Origin: Dehalococcoidia bacterium | GTDB taxonomy: Bacteria; Chloroflexota; Dehalococcoidia; Bin125 | DNA: 64,000 nucleotides | NCBI GenBank assembly: GCA_965221065.1 | Contig: OZ244861.1 | Location: 2,867,956 to 2,931,955, forward strand | Direction of reading: 5' to 3' | In this document: piece by piece, positions 1 through 9,446 of the stretch | How positions within the stretch are numbered: the stretch's first letter is position 1 | Layout: each line of letters begins with the position of its first letter | Program-made: the position numbers and the translations under genes | The notes under the pieces: generated by a model | What the model saw: only the letters and a program-made list of their open reading frames with translations | The model's database searches: none | Told to the model about the DNA's origin: nothing

Positions 1-13
1 TCCAGAGCGAAGG

Positions 14-50
14 TCAGTTCGAAGGTTCTTGCTTTTAGGAAGTTTGGTGG
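14..50 (+). repeat. Direct repeat R1 (~38 bp) of the att-like repeat family near the tRNA-Ala 3' end
   Basis: gtcaGttcgaaggttcttgcttttaggaagtttggtgg matches R4 (9292..9329) at 37/38 positions by eye, same orientation. Confidence 0.7.
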
Positions 51-348
51 GCTGTGCACGCTTGGCCGAGAAGCGAACGTAGCCGTCGCGGTCGCGCTTG
101 AGCGGACAGGCGTCTGGGATCACTTCGAATGGCCACACAGGAACCGAGCCAGTCTCTGCCTCCAGTGTTCAGCGATGCATGCCTCGGCTGCAACGTTGTC
201 GAGAGGCTCTTGAACAACCGCGCCGACCCAGAGGAGCAACAGGCAATACGGCGATGCGCTTAAGCTCGCTGTCCATAGAGCAGCCATTCAGCTTTACCCT
301 CGAAACTGCTTCAACCTGCAGGGCCCTTCCGCTGATAGCGTTGGGGGC

Positions 349-3300
349 ATGTCCGAGAACTCGGCCCACGACGCGTTCGCAAGCCTTGCAGGAGGACCGG
401 CCGCGAAGATCGCTGACCTGTTTGAGCGCGCCTGGACCGTCGGCAGCCTCCTCGATCTGATCTCAGGCGAGATTGTCGAGTTGCGCCTGGAAGAGCAGGA
501 CCCGGATGGACTCGGCGTCGAATTCTCTCGTGTCACGGTCGCTGGCAACCACGAATACCACTCAGTCAAGCGCCAGGCGCCCGACTCCGCGGGCCGCTGG
601 ACACCCTCAGAAATCACCAGGAAATCTGGGCCTCGGATGCGCTCGTTCCTAGGCGATCTCTTCGGCCATCTTGGGCGCGACGAGACTACGGCGGCCGTAT
701 TCGTCAGCCAGGACGCCGTCCAGCATCTACGGGAAGCGTCGGAACGCGCACGCCAGGCGGTGAACCTCAGCGAGTTCCACGGCTTACTCTCGGCAGCGCA
801 GCGCCGCGCTTGGGACAAGCATGTGGTGCCCCTAGCTGAACGCCCTGACGAGGCCTACGCAAAGTTCCGAACGTGCGAGTTCGTCAACATCGAGCATCGC
901 CAACTGGTCCGCTGGGTCGAGCAGCGAATCTCCGCCCTGATTGCCCGGGAGGACTCCGAGCCCGTGGATGCCGAGCAGTTGAGGACCCTGCTAGAAGGGT
1001 TCGCCTGGAGTCGATTAGGTCAGTCGATCAGCCACGAAGACCTGGCACACAAGCTTGCTGCGCACGGATATCGAACTCGGGCGCCCTTGGCGGGCAGTCA
1101 GGCCGGACAGCAACTGCGCGCGATTACTGATGCTTACATCGGCAGAATCGAGCGGACGCTAATCAACGGCGCAGCGATTCCCCGTTCGCAATCGGAGTCG
1201 GTCGCAAACGACGTTCTATCTGGCGACCGGTCTCTGCTGCTACTCGGCGAGGCAGGCGTAGGAAAGAGCTGCGTCATGGCTCAAGTAGTGCGTGCGCTCC
1301 GCCTGAAGGGGGTGGTTTGCTTCGCCTTTCCGGCCAGTGATCTGCGGGGCGCTATGTCTGCGAAGGAGGTTGGTCAACGGATGGGCCTGCGAGAGTCGCC
1401 GGTCGGCGAGTTGGCGCTGGCCGCTCGGGGGCGCCCTGCGGTCCTCTGTATCGATCAACTCGACGGGCTGGCCGCCGATACAGAGCGAAACGAGCTCGGG
1501 CACCGCGTCCTGCACGCGCTCGCGGACGAAGCCTCGCACCACCCAAATCTGCGCGTTCTCTTCGCTTGTCGCTCGTTCGACCTCGACGAGGCGTCGTCGC
1601 TCGCCTGGGTCCACAAAGGGGACTCTGCGATCGCTCGCAAGGTTGAAGTACTCGTCTTGACCGTCGGCGACGTGACGCTGGCCCTTGACGACGTAGGGAT
1701 CGCGTGGCAGCAACTGACCGCGGAACAGATCGAACTGTTGCGCGTGCCCCTGCACCTCTATCTGTTCATTGAAGCGGCACAGTCCCGACAGCATCGCTTC
1801 GCGACCGTTGATGATCTATTCGACGCCTATTGGAAAGAGAAGTCGACGAAGGTCAGCACGGCCTTGCCCGCGGCAAACAGCGGCTGGGCTGCTTCAGTGT
1901 CCAGGCTGTGTCATGCGCTCAGCGAGCACGAGGCGTACTCCGTTCCTGATTATGAACTGCTCGACTACTTTCCGGCAGAGGCGCTCGCGATGGCGTCCGA
2001 AGCGGTGATCTCTCTTGAACAAGGCGAGGTCGGCTTCTTCCACGACGCCTTCAGCGACTACGCCTTCGCTCGCACTTTCGCCACCGAACGGCGAGACCTG
2101 CTCAAATGGCTCGAGGACGACCGGCAGGACTACTACCGCCGTCGTCAGGTGATTGCCGTACTCACGTTCATTCGCCGCCGACCAGGGGACCGAGCCCGCT
2201 ACCTGCAGTCCGTAGAGAGGCTGTTGGCCGGTCCTGAACTGCATTTTCATATCAAGCGCCGGATTATCGATTGGCTGCGGTCGATCGCTGATCCGCTCGC
2301 TGAGGAGTGGTCAATCCTGGAGCAACTTGAAGGACAACTTGGCGATCACGTTTGGCGGGTCGTCAGCAACTCGGTGCCGTGGTTCGACTTACTAATGCAG
2401 ACCGGACATTGGAAACGCTGGTTGAGCGGCAGCGACGAATGGATCGACCTCGCCGTAGGCCTTCTGCAGTCGCCGCGCCTGCTAGATGAGCGAACCCCGG
2501 ACATCCTCGATCTAATCGAGCAGCATCAGGATGGTTCGGAGGGTTGGCGGAATAGGATGTGGAGCCTGGCCCGTTGGGAGTCGGGCTACAGGGAGCCGAG
2601 AAAGCGGGCATGGCTGCTGGAACTTCTGGCGAGTGAATCCCCAGATAGTCCAGTGCTGTCGCTGAACGGCGAACTGCTGATCCAGGTGCTGCACGGTGTT
2701 AGACAACACGCTCCCGAGTTCGCGACCAGGGTCATCGGTGCCTGGTTCGATCACGTTCTTGCCGAGTTGGCTCGTGTAGACGAACCGGAACCGTGCTACA
2801 GCGACCTCTATCTGGGTTCCACCGGGTGGGAGATGGAGCAGTGCGCGAAGGCTGCTCCGGTTGCGTTCGTGGAGGAATTGTTCCCTCGTCTTGTCCGGCT
2901 GGAACAGAACGCTCCCCTGCAGCTGTTGACAGCGCCCAGCGGGACGGACTCGCCGCGCCGGGGGCTGCGTGAACTCGTCGGCGAGGCAATGATCCTCGCG
3001 GCTCACTCCGAGCCGAAGGCACTCCACTTGCTGGCGGAGGACGTCGACCGCCGCGGCGATCGGTGGACGCGCTGGATGAATGCCGTGATGCTCGCAGCGA
3101 TGAGCGCTAACCCCGAAGAGTTCGCGGACGCGATTGTGCAGTTCCTGTTGGCCGATCCGGATCGGCGACTCGACTCGGGATATGACCACTCGAACGGCGC
3201 TGAGCTCTTCTTGTCGGTCAGCCGCAGGGCCGTTGCGGCTGCGGCGCTGCATTGCTCGGATCCGCTGCTACGAGACATCGAATGCGCCATACTTGAGATT

Positions 3301-4911
3301 CAGCCAACGCGACCGCTGGTCGACGAATCCAGGGAGAAGATCGAACTCGCGCTCCTCTGGTGCTTGCCTGAGGACCGGATCGGATCGTCGGTTCGGTCGC
3401 GAATCCAGGAACTTGAGGCGCAGTTGCCGGAGGTAAAACGTCGCGGCGCGCCCGAGCCGGTTGACTACGAAGAGGCATTCCAATACGCGGAGTCGCCGAT
3501 TCCTGAAGCGGAGGCGCTCAGCACATCGGACGATGAGTGGCTCGATGCGATGCGGAATGTCGGCGGTACAAGCGCGACGTTCCATGGAGATCGATTCATC
3601 GGTGGTGCGCATGAGCTATCGCGAACCTTGGAACGCGCTGCGCGGCGAGATCCGGCACGATTCGCCTCACTGGCTCTGCGATTGGAGGCCACGGACCGGC
3701 CCGAGTACTTCAGCGGCCTCCTGCTTGGCCTTACCGGCAGCGAACCGGACTCTCCTCGAGCCGGAACCCAGGACCAAGTCACAGGCGTGATTCGCCGGAT
3801 AGTCGCCTTGGGTGTGGACATGCCCAAGACCGAGATAGCACGAGCGATCGGCTCGCTCGCCGACGAGCCGATACCGAACGACATGATCCGCAGCTTGTGC
3901 CGAATCGCGAGCGAGGATCCCGATCCAGCGGAGGATGCCTGGATCGGGCCGGAAGGCTCGATGGCGGCGATCAATCAAGCTATCAACACGGCCCGAGGCG
4001 CGGCCGCGGAGGCCATCGCCAAACTTCTGTTCGCTGAACGCAACCGCTGGGACCTGGTCAAGGACACGGTGCACCGGCTGGCCGAGGATCCTGTGCTGGC
4101 GGTCCGAGCGACGACGGCGCATTGCTTGTTGGCAATTCTGCCCACGAACCAGGACGAGGCTCTCGAATGCTTCGCGCGACTCATTGAGGAGGGTGCGCCG
4201 ATCGCCGATTCGCACTACGTCCGGCATTTCGTCGCTCGCGCCGCCAACCGCGACTACACAGCGATACGGCCGATTCTGAAGGGCTTGGTCGCGTCGGATA
4301 CAGATGCGGCCGCGCGCGTCGGTGCGAGTGCAATCGTGGGTGCCTCCCTTGGCCCGGACAATCCTGACGCGCAGGAGGATGCGCGAATGGTCGCCGAAAT
4401 GGGCGAACAGCAGCGATCTGGAGCTGCCGAGGTGTACGCAACCCATGTCGCAGATGAACGGGTGGGCGCCATATGCGCAGCGCGTCTCAGCGCACTGTTC
4501 AGCGACGACAGCGAGTTAGTCCGAGAAGCCGCCGCCCGTTGCTGGTACCGTTTCACTCCCGACCAGGTTGCGGGGCAAGGCAGCCTGATCGGAGCGTTCG
4601 CCCAGTCAAAGGCCTTCGAGGAAGCTCGCATCTCCATCCTGCTCAACCCGCTTGAAAGGACAAACCTTGCGTTGCCCCTGCAGCTCTGCGACCTCACCGA
4701 GCGGGCTCTTGACTCGTTCGGAGAGAAAGCCTCGTCGATTCGCTTCGCCGAGGCGTTTGCCGCAAAGACGCTCGGCGTGTTGATGTTTCGGCTACTGGAC
4801 GGTGTTTCTGATCCCGACGGGCAGGCGCGCATACGCGCCCTCATCGATCGAATGATCGAAGCGAATTTCTACGGCGTGGCAGAGGAACTGGAACGCCGCC
4901 TTGGCGAATAG
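349..4911 (+). CDS. Giant STAND-like P-loop NTPase (1520 aa) with putative N-terminal nuclease-like region and long C-terminal helical-repeat region; Avs-like antiviral ATPase candidate
   Basis: Walker A LLLLGEAGVGKSC. About 60 aa later Walker B VLCIDQLD. About 25 aa later hhhhxCRS (RVLFACRS); this spacing is typical of STAND/NB-ARC. The N-terminal ~80 aa has a D..(E)..K-like motif (DPDGLGVEF..HEYHSVKRQ) that can be aligned with the second giant protein (35641..39726). The C-terminal ~900 aa is Leu/Ala-rich helical-repeat-like. Long uninterrupted ORF with ATG start. Confidence 0.6.
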   Translation: MSENSAHDAFASLAGGPAAKIADLFERAWTVGSLLDLISGEIVELRLEEQDPDGLGVEFSRVTVAGNHEYHSVKRQAPDSAGRWTPSEITRKSGPRMRSFLGDLFGHLGRDETTAAVFVSQDAVQHLREASERARQAVNLSEFHGLLSAAQRRAWDKHVVPLAERPDEAYAKFRTCEFVNIEHRQLVRWVEQRISALIAREDSEPVDAEQLRTLLEGFAWSRLGQSISHEDLAHKLAAHGYRTRAPLAGSQAGQQLRAITDAYIGRIERTLINGAAIPRSQSESVANDVLSGDRSLLLLGEAGVGKSCVMAQVVRALRLKGVVCFAFPASDLRGAMSAKEVGQRMGLRESPVGELALAARGRPAVLCIDQLDGLAADTERNELGHRVLHALADEASHHPNLRVLFACRSFDLDEASSLAWVHKGDSAIARKVEVLVLTVGDVTLALDDVGIAWQQLTAEQIELLRVPLHLYLFIEAAQSRQHRFATVDDLFDAYWKEKSTKVSTALPAANSGWAASVSRLCHALSEHEAYSVPDYELLDYFPAEALAMASEAVISLEQGEVGFFHDAFSDYAFARTFATERRDLLKWLEDDRQDYYRRRQVIAVLTFIRRRPGDRARYLQSVERLLAGPELHFHIKRRIIDWLRSIADPLAEEWSILEQLEGQLGDHVWRVVSNSVPWFDLLMQTGHWKRWLSGSDEWIDLAVGLLQSPRLLDERTPDILDLIEQHQDGSEGWRNRMWSLARWESGYREPRKRAWLLELLASESPDSPVLSLNGELLIQVLHGVRQHAPEFATRVIGAWFDHVLAELARVDEPEPCYSDLYLGSTGWEMEQCAKAAPVAFVEELFPRLVRLEQNAPLQLLTAPSGTDSPRRGLRELVGEAMILAAHSEPKALHLLAEDVDRRGDRWTRWMNAVMLAAMSANPEEFADAIVQFLLADPDRRLDSGYDHSNGAELFLSVSRRAVAAAALHCSDPLLRDIECAILEIQPTRPLVDESREKIELALLWCLPEDRIGSSVRSRIQELEAQLPEVKRRGAPEPVDYEEAFQYAESPIPEAEALSTSDDEWLDAMRNVGGTSATFHGDRFIGGAHELSRTLERAARRDPARFASLALRLEATDRPEYFSGLLLGLTGSEPDSPRAGTQDQVTGVIRRIVALGVDMPKTEIARAIGSLADEPIPNDMIRSLCRIASEDPDPAEDAWIGPEGSMAAINQAINTARGAAAEAIAKLLFAERNRWDLVKDTVHRLAEDPVLAVRATTAHCLLAILPTNQDEALECFARLIEEGAPIADSHYVRHFVARAANRDYTAIRPILKGLVASDTDAAARVGASAIVGASLGPDNPDAQEDARMVAEMGEQQRSGAAEVYATHVADERVGAICAARLSALFSDDSELVREAAARCWYRFTPDQVAGQGSLIGAFAQSKAFEEARISILLNPLERTNLALPLQLCDLTERALDSFGEKASSIRFAEAFAAKTLGVLMFRLLDGVSDPDGQARIRALIDRMIEANFYGVAEELERRLGE

Positions 4912-5296
4912 CCGTTCTGGCACACGAGAGGCCATTTCAACGATCACGGACCAACATGCGCCGAGCTACAGAGCGTGAATCGGAATCTGCCCGCGTTGAT
5001 TTTCGCAAGCGCCTTGTAGCACTCCCTTGAGCTGCCGCTAGGGCGATTGGTGCGGCGCCTCTGCCTGCTGTCGGTAGCTACATGCCAGACCTACGGCTGG
5101 AGGAGTTCGCGGAAGAAAGTTGCCCGCTCTCACAGAGAGAGGGGATAGGACGACCGAGTGTGCGATGCACGCGCCTCAGCAGGAGATCAAGTGACGAGGC
5201 CGGAGTGCGCGCCTGACTCAATCGGGACGACTCAATGCCTACCAATCAGGTGGATGGCAGCCCGGGCGGTTGTGAAGCTAAAGATCGAGGTGGAAC

Positions 5297-5335
5297 GTCA
5301 ACTCAAAAGCTCTTGCTCTTAGGAGTTTTGATGGG
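5297..5335 (+). repeat. Direct repeat R2 (diverged copy of the att-like repeat)
   Basis: gtcaactcaaaagctcttgctcttaggagttttgatggg; ~75% identical to R4; shares the acgtcaactc 5' flank with R4. Confidence 0.55.
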
Positions 5336-5467
5336 CTGGTCAGGTCTGACCGATTGATTGTGCCACGGCACGGCAGACACAGCCAGGCAAGGAGGCGAGG
5401 CCAAGCCAGACCGGGCTAACGCTGGCGGCACCGAGTCAAGACTCGCTCGACCTACGGCAGCGTTGGC

Positions 5468-5776
5468 CTATAGGTCTGGGTGTTCGATCTCTCGGAGCGC
5501 TCTCTTGATCCCCCGTCGAGTCAGTTCTAGGCGCATGTGGACGCAGGTTCGTCGCGTCTCCCGGTAGTCCTTCAAGGTGCCCTCCAGCCGGGAGGCATGG
5601 CGAACAGCCGTATCGAGCTCGACTTGCTGTCTCGGTAGAGACCCACCGATGATCTTGCTCGCCCTCTCGCCCTCCTTGGCTGCCCCCTTGAGCGAGCCGA
5701 GCAATCCATCTAGTTTGGACATTCCGCTCTCGAAATCAGTGATCAGCTTGAGCGTGTCGTCCTGTCGATTCGCCAC
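5468..5776 (-). CDS. Hypothetical small protein (102 aa), module B cargo
   Basis: GTG start at 5776 preceded by GGAGGA at a good spacing; protein-like, charged, helical composition; no recognisable domain. Confidence 0.45.
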   Translation of the reverse strand: MANRQDDTLKLITDFESGMSKLDGLLGSLKGAAKEGERASKIIGGSLPRQQVELDTAVRHASRLEGTLKDYRETRRTCVHMRLELTRRGIKRALREIEHPDL

Positions 5777-5969
5777 GACTTCCTCCGAATCTCGGTTGCG
5801 CCTGACCTCTCCCCGCGCGCCAACTCACCCATGCTATGCCATCACCAGAGGGACAGAGCGAGCGTCTTGGCCGTGACCATGGGGCCGATGTGGCATCCTC
5901 TGGCAGGCGATGCGTGACCGCTATTGCCAACCTCTCTCCCGGACTCCAGTGCAGAGCTGCAGCGGGAAG

Positions 5970-6008
5970 GTCAACTCAAAGGGTCTTGCTTTTGGGAAGT
6001 TCGGCGGG
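5970..6008 (+). repeat. Direct repeat R3 (diverged copy of the att-like repeat)
   Basis: gtcaactcaaagggtcttgcttttgggaagttcggcggg; same orientation and length as R1/R2/R4. Confidence 0.55.
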
Positions 6009-6148
6009 CCGCCGTTTCCTACACATGGGGCTCGAGGCGGTCCGGGCCGCGTGAACGCTGCTCGCCATCTCGTACAACCTGCGCCCCCTGGACAAGTGCT
6101 GACGCCACCTGCGGCGGTGCATCGCAGACCTGCGCGCGGCAGCCCGGC

Positions 6149-6574
6149 CTATCGCCTATTGGCGACGCGAAGGCGCTCAGGCGGCAGCTTCTCGATCGTT
6201 CCTTCTTGCACCAAGGCATTGCGCAGCTTCCTGGCGGCGTTTCTGTTGGGTCCTCTCAATTCGGCGTGGGCATCGGCGAGCGCCTCGTGAGGGTGGTCGG
6301 CGTGGCCATCCAGGACGACATCGAACTCGCCCGGCTTTCGCGCTCGGCGCAGAGCGCCGACCGAGATCCGGCCACGGCCGTAGTGCTTGAACCTGCAGAG
6401 ATGAAGCTGTTCACCGTCCTGGTTGGGTAGCCGACTCCGGATGAACACAGACGGCGGTTCCGAGCTGCTGAAGACGGCGCTCGACAAGTCGCCGTTGCGG
6501 TAGACAGCACCCGGCCAGAGAAGCCGAAACGCTTGCTCGTCATCGTCGAGGCGCGGAAACCGGCGGGCGCCCAT
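6149..6574 (-). CDS. Hypothetical protein (141 aa), third gene of coupled three-gene operon
   Basis: ATG at 6574 overlaps the upstream gene's TGA (ATGA overlap at 6574..6577); no recognisable domain. Confidence 0.5.
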   Translation of the reverse strand: MGARRFPRLDDDEQAFRLLWPGAVYRNGDLSSAVFSSSEPPSVFIRSRLPNQDGEQLHLCRFKHYGRGRISVGALRRARKPGEFDVVLDGHADHPHEALADAHAELRGPNRNAARKLRNALVQEGTIEKLPPERLRVANRR

Positions 6575-7290
6575 CAGCGAGCGGAAAGCTCAGATCGGGA
6601 GGCGCACGACTTGAGCAGGGCGGCCAGGGCCGACACACTCTCCACGGGGACATCGCGGTCGTCGTCGCTGTTGCACAGGGCAGCCTCGCCGGGGAACGGC
6701 GCGTCGTCCTCGATGTAGAACTCGACCGAAGCGCCATTGTCGAACTGCCACTCGAGGATGACGAAGCCGTCTTCGGTGGTGGCGACTAGCGGCACGGCGG
6801 CGGCGCGGGTCCGGTCGGAGATTTCGAGGACCTTCATCACAACTTCGGGTTTGGGGTGGCCCGCGCCGTCGCAGTCGGGGCTCCAGACAATGCGCCGGAC
6901 GACGTCCTCGAGTAGCTCGATGTCAAGCGTGAGAGCGGGCCGCTGCGGTTGAACGCGGGCCCACTCGAGGAGGTGGCGGCTCCAGTACGACTGCTTGCCC
7001 GACGGCTCCTGGGTGTTGAGTTGCATCAGATACATCGTTGTGAAAGCCGACGACGCGGAACCTCGTTCGAAGATCGCACGGTAGTGATCGGCAAAGTAGG
7101 CGTTGGGGTTAGCGGGTTCTGATGCGGGGGGTTCATTGCGGCGCAGGATCTCATCCAGTGCGTTGCGCACGGGAGCGTCGACGTTGAGCGGATCTGCGGT
7201 CCGTTGTTGGTGACCAGATATGCCGAGACCGCCCGCGTTGCCTGTGGATATCGACGTGTCGATAGGCACAAAGGAAGACTCGTGGCTCAT
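6574..7290 (-). CDS. Hypothetical protein (238 aa), second gene of coupled three-gene operon
   Basis: ATG at 7290 overlaps the upstream gene's stop (ATGA at 7287..7290); acidic C-terminal half; no recognisable domain. Confidence 0.55.
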   Translation of the reverse strand: MSHESSFVPIDTSISTGNAGGLGISGHQQRTADPLNVDAPVRNALDEILRRNEPPASEPANPNAYFADHYRAIFERGSASSAFTTMYLMQLNTQEPSGKQSYWSRHLLEWARVQPQRPALTLDIELLEDVVRRIVWSPDCDGAGHPKPEVVMKVLEISDRTRAAAVPLVATTEDGFVILEWQFDNGASVEFYIEDDAPFPGEAALCNSDDDRDVPVESVSALAALLKSCASRSELSAR

Positions 7291-7997
7291 TGCGATTCCT
7301 CTCGATCGAGCAGCTCGACGAAGCGCCGGGCTTTGTCCAGTGAGTCGTTGAGGTGGCCTTCTATCTCGGCTGCGCCGAGTGGTCCGACCTCGAATCGGTG
7401 CAGGTTGGCGGCGATGAAGACGCGCGGGGTGCCTTCTTCGCGGAAGCGCGGTTCGACGGTGAGATTGAAGGCGCCACCGTCCTCGGCCGAGAAGGAGAGC
7501 GTGCCGTCGCCACCCACGATGGGCCAGTCATCTATCGCATCCAGGCCGCGAAACATGCGGTGGGCTAGGTAGGCGGAGGCGGTCATTGCGGCGTCCTGTT
7601 CGTAGACGAGATGGATGTTGTAGCCGACGGCGTAGGGCTGGTCGGGCACCCTCCCGGTGATCTGCAGCGCCAGACCGATGACCTCGGCCAGCCGGCCAAT
7701 GTCACCAGGACGTGGGTACTCCTGGACGACGGCGGAGCCGCTGGGGGCGACGTTGAAGGTGATTCGATCACGTCCGATGGCGAACGAGCGCGGTTCGGTG
7801 AATGAGGCCTCGACGCCGGGGCCGAAGCCGATGTCGAGACTGAGGCCTTGGCGCATGGCTGGGCCGGCTCCCGGTGCAGGTATGACCTCGGCGCCGAGCG
7901 ACCGCCGGAACTCGGACTGCGTTGCATCGTCGTGCAACAGCTGTAGCCCGACTAGCACGACGCTAGCCTGGAGTACCTCTAGGTCGAGGATGGTCAT
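7287..7997 (-). CDS. Hypothetical protein (236 aa from the ATG at 7997; the ORF is open up to 8456), first gene of three-gene operon
   Basis: ATG at 7997 preceded by AAGGAAA RBS; the upstream in-frame extension to 8456 looks non-protein-like; no recognisable domain. Confidence 0.5.
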   Translation of the reverse strand: MTILDLEVLQASVVLVGLQLLHDDATQSEFRRSLGAEVIPAPGAGPAMRQGLSLDIGFGPGVEASFTEPRSFAIGRDRITFNVAPSGSAVVQEYPRPGDIGRLAEVIGLALQITGRVPDQPYAVGYNIHLVYEQDAAMTASAYLAHRMFRGLDAIDDWPIVGGDGTLSFSAEDGGAFNLTVEPRFREEGTPRVFIAANLHRFEVGPLGAAEIEGHLNDSLDKARRFVELLDREESQ

Positions 7998-8898
7998 GAT
8001 TTCCTTCGGGCGAGTTCGATGCGCCAAGGGCGAGGCGTAGCCAATCCAGTTGCCTCCATCTCTCAGGCGCGCAGCATACGACACGTTTTGCGCGGCCTGC
8101 ACAGTGTCTACGATATGTCGTCCAGATGGCAGCGGTATTGCCTGCCCGGCACGTGATGCGTGATGGCCAATCAGGGCCGTCGAGATCGCGGGTCTGTCTC
8201 TCTTGACAGCTCTCGCGGCGATGATCGCCCTGGTGGCCGCCCTGTTCGAGGTCATGCAGCCAGCCTCGGCGGCCAACACGGTGAGGAACATCTCTAACGC
8301 CTCGGACACGTCGAGAAGGCCGGCTCCGGCTACGCCGTCAAGAGCCTCATACTGGACGGCGCGTCCGACAACTTGGCTACCTTCACTAGCGAGTACGCGA
8401 GCGTCAGTACCGGCCTCCACCTGTCGAACATCCAGACGGAAGCACTGGAAGCCCAAGCCTCACTGGAAGCCACTGACCGGACTCCACGTCGGCCCCTCCG
8501 GCCGGTGCGTCTGCGGCGTACACCATCACCGTAGGGATCCTCGACGCGGTTGGCGGCGTGAACAGTATCCTCCTGCGACTCGTGGGAACACTCAACGTCA
8601 CCGTCGGCGACTTCGACAGGGACGTTTGGTTCAAGGTTGTTGGAGGCTAGATGGCTCATGCAGTGAAACGCCATGATCCGGTAGCACAGAACTCCTCAAT
8701 CTCCTCTGCATCATCACCTTCACACTCTGCCCTTGTCGTCAGGTCTCACTGGGTACGGTCTAACTGTGCCGCCTCACGCTGGTCACTGCGTCGACAAGAC
8801 TCCAACCATGTTTCCGGACGTAGCCTGAAGCAATGCGCCGATGCATCCGACGGCCAATTCTCGTGAGAAGCACTCTTTGAGAGTGGAGAGCATTAGGG

Positions 8899-8921
8899 GT
8901 TGACTCCGGTCAGGAGTCAAC
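8899..8921. other. Perfect 9-bp-stem inverted repeat (gttgactcc ggtca ggagtcaac) in a lower-GC apparently non-coding stretch
   Basis: Read directly from the sequence; lies in the gene-poor 8457..9291 segment of the islet. Confidence 0.5.
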
Positions 8922-9291
8922 GACTGGCGCTGACTGCTTCTGCGTACTCGAGTCCTCCGCTGACCGCCAACATTGCATGAACCAGCTTCAACATCGTGAC
9001 GTGGCCGGCGCGCACCAAACAATCGCTCTTGGGCGGAGCCGGCAAGAGTGCCAAGGTCAAGCGCTGCCACTGGGCAGATGGGGGGCTGCACAGGCAGAGC
9101 CTCTTCGCCGACGCCAACGTCGCGTGTCAGTCGCCTCCAGATAGCCGGAAGTGCCGCGAAGCTCCAGAGGACCCCAATCGAGCCTCGTCGCGCTTGCTCG
9201 GCATCCCTCCGTAGCGCCGAGCTATCGCAGCTTCGCCCATAGGTATCCGGAGACTTGGAACGGCACTCACAATCACAGGTCCAGCGGAAAC

Positions 9292-9323
9292 GTCAACTCG
9301 AAGGTTCTTGCTTTTAGGAAGTT

Positions 9324-9329
<6 letters not shown>
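9292..9329 (+). repeat. Direct repeat R4, abutting and overlapping the tRNA-Ala 3' end (attL-like)
   Basis: gtcaactcgaaggttcttgcttttaggaagtttggtgg; its last ~8 nt are the reverse complement of the tRNA-Ala CCA, discriminator and first acceptor bases. Confidence 0.7.
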
Positions 9330-9399
<70 letters not shown>

Positions 9400-9446
9400 A
9401 CGCAGATCTCCGGCTTCCCCAGCGTACAGGCCGCTCGGACTGCGGT

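Noticed and set aside
294-4844. Multiple long minus-strand ORFs (294..818, 2512..3252, 3667..4446, 4254..4844) inside the 1520-aa gene
   Set aside because: Shadow ORFs are typical of ~68% GC DNA. They overlap a single uninterrupted plus-strand ORF that has clear NTPase motifs.
8000-8456. Upstream in-frame extension of the first operon gene to a 389-aa ORF
   Set aside because: A good RBS precedes the internal ATG at 7997. The upstream translation is Ala/Arg-rich and overlaps equally poor ORFs on the other strand.
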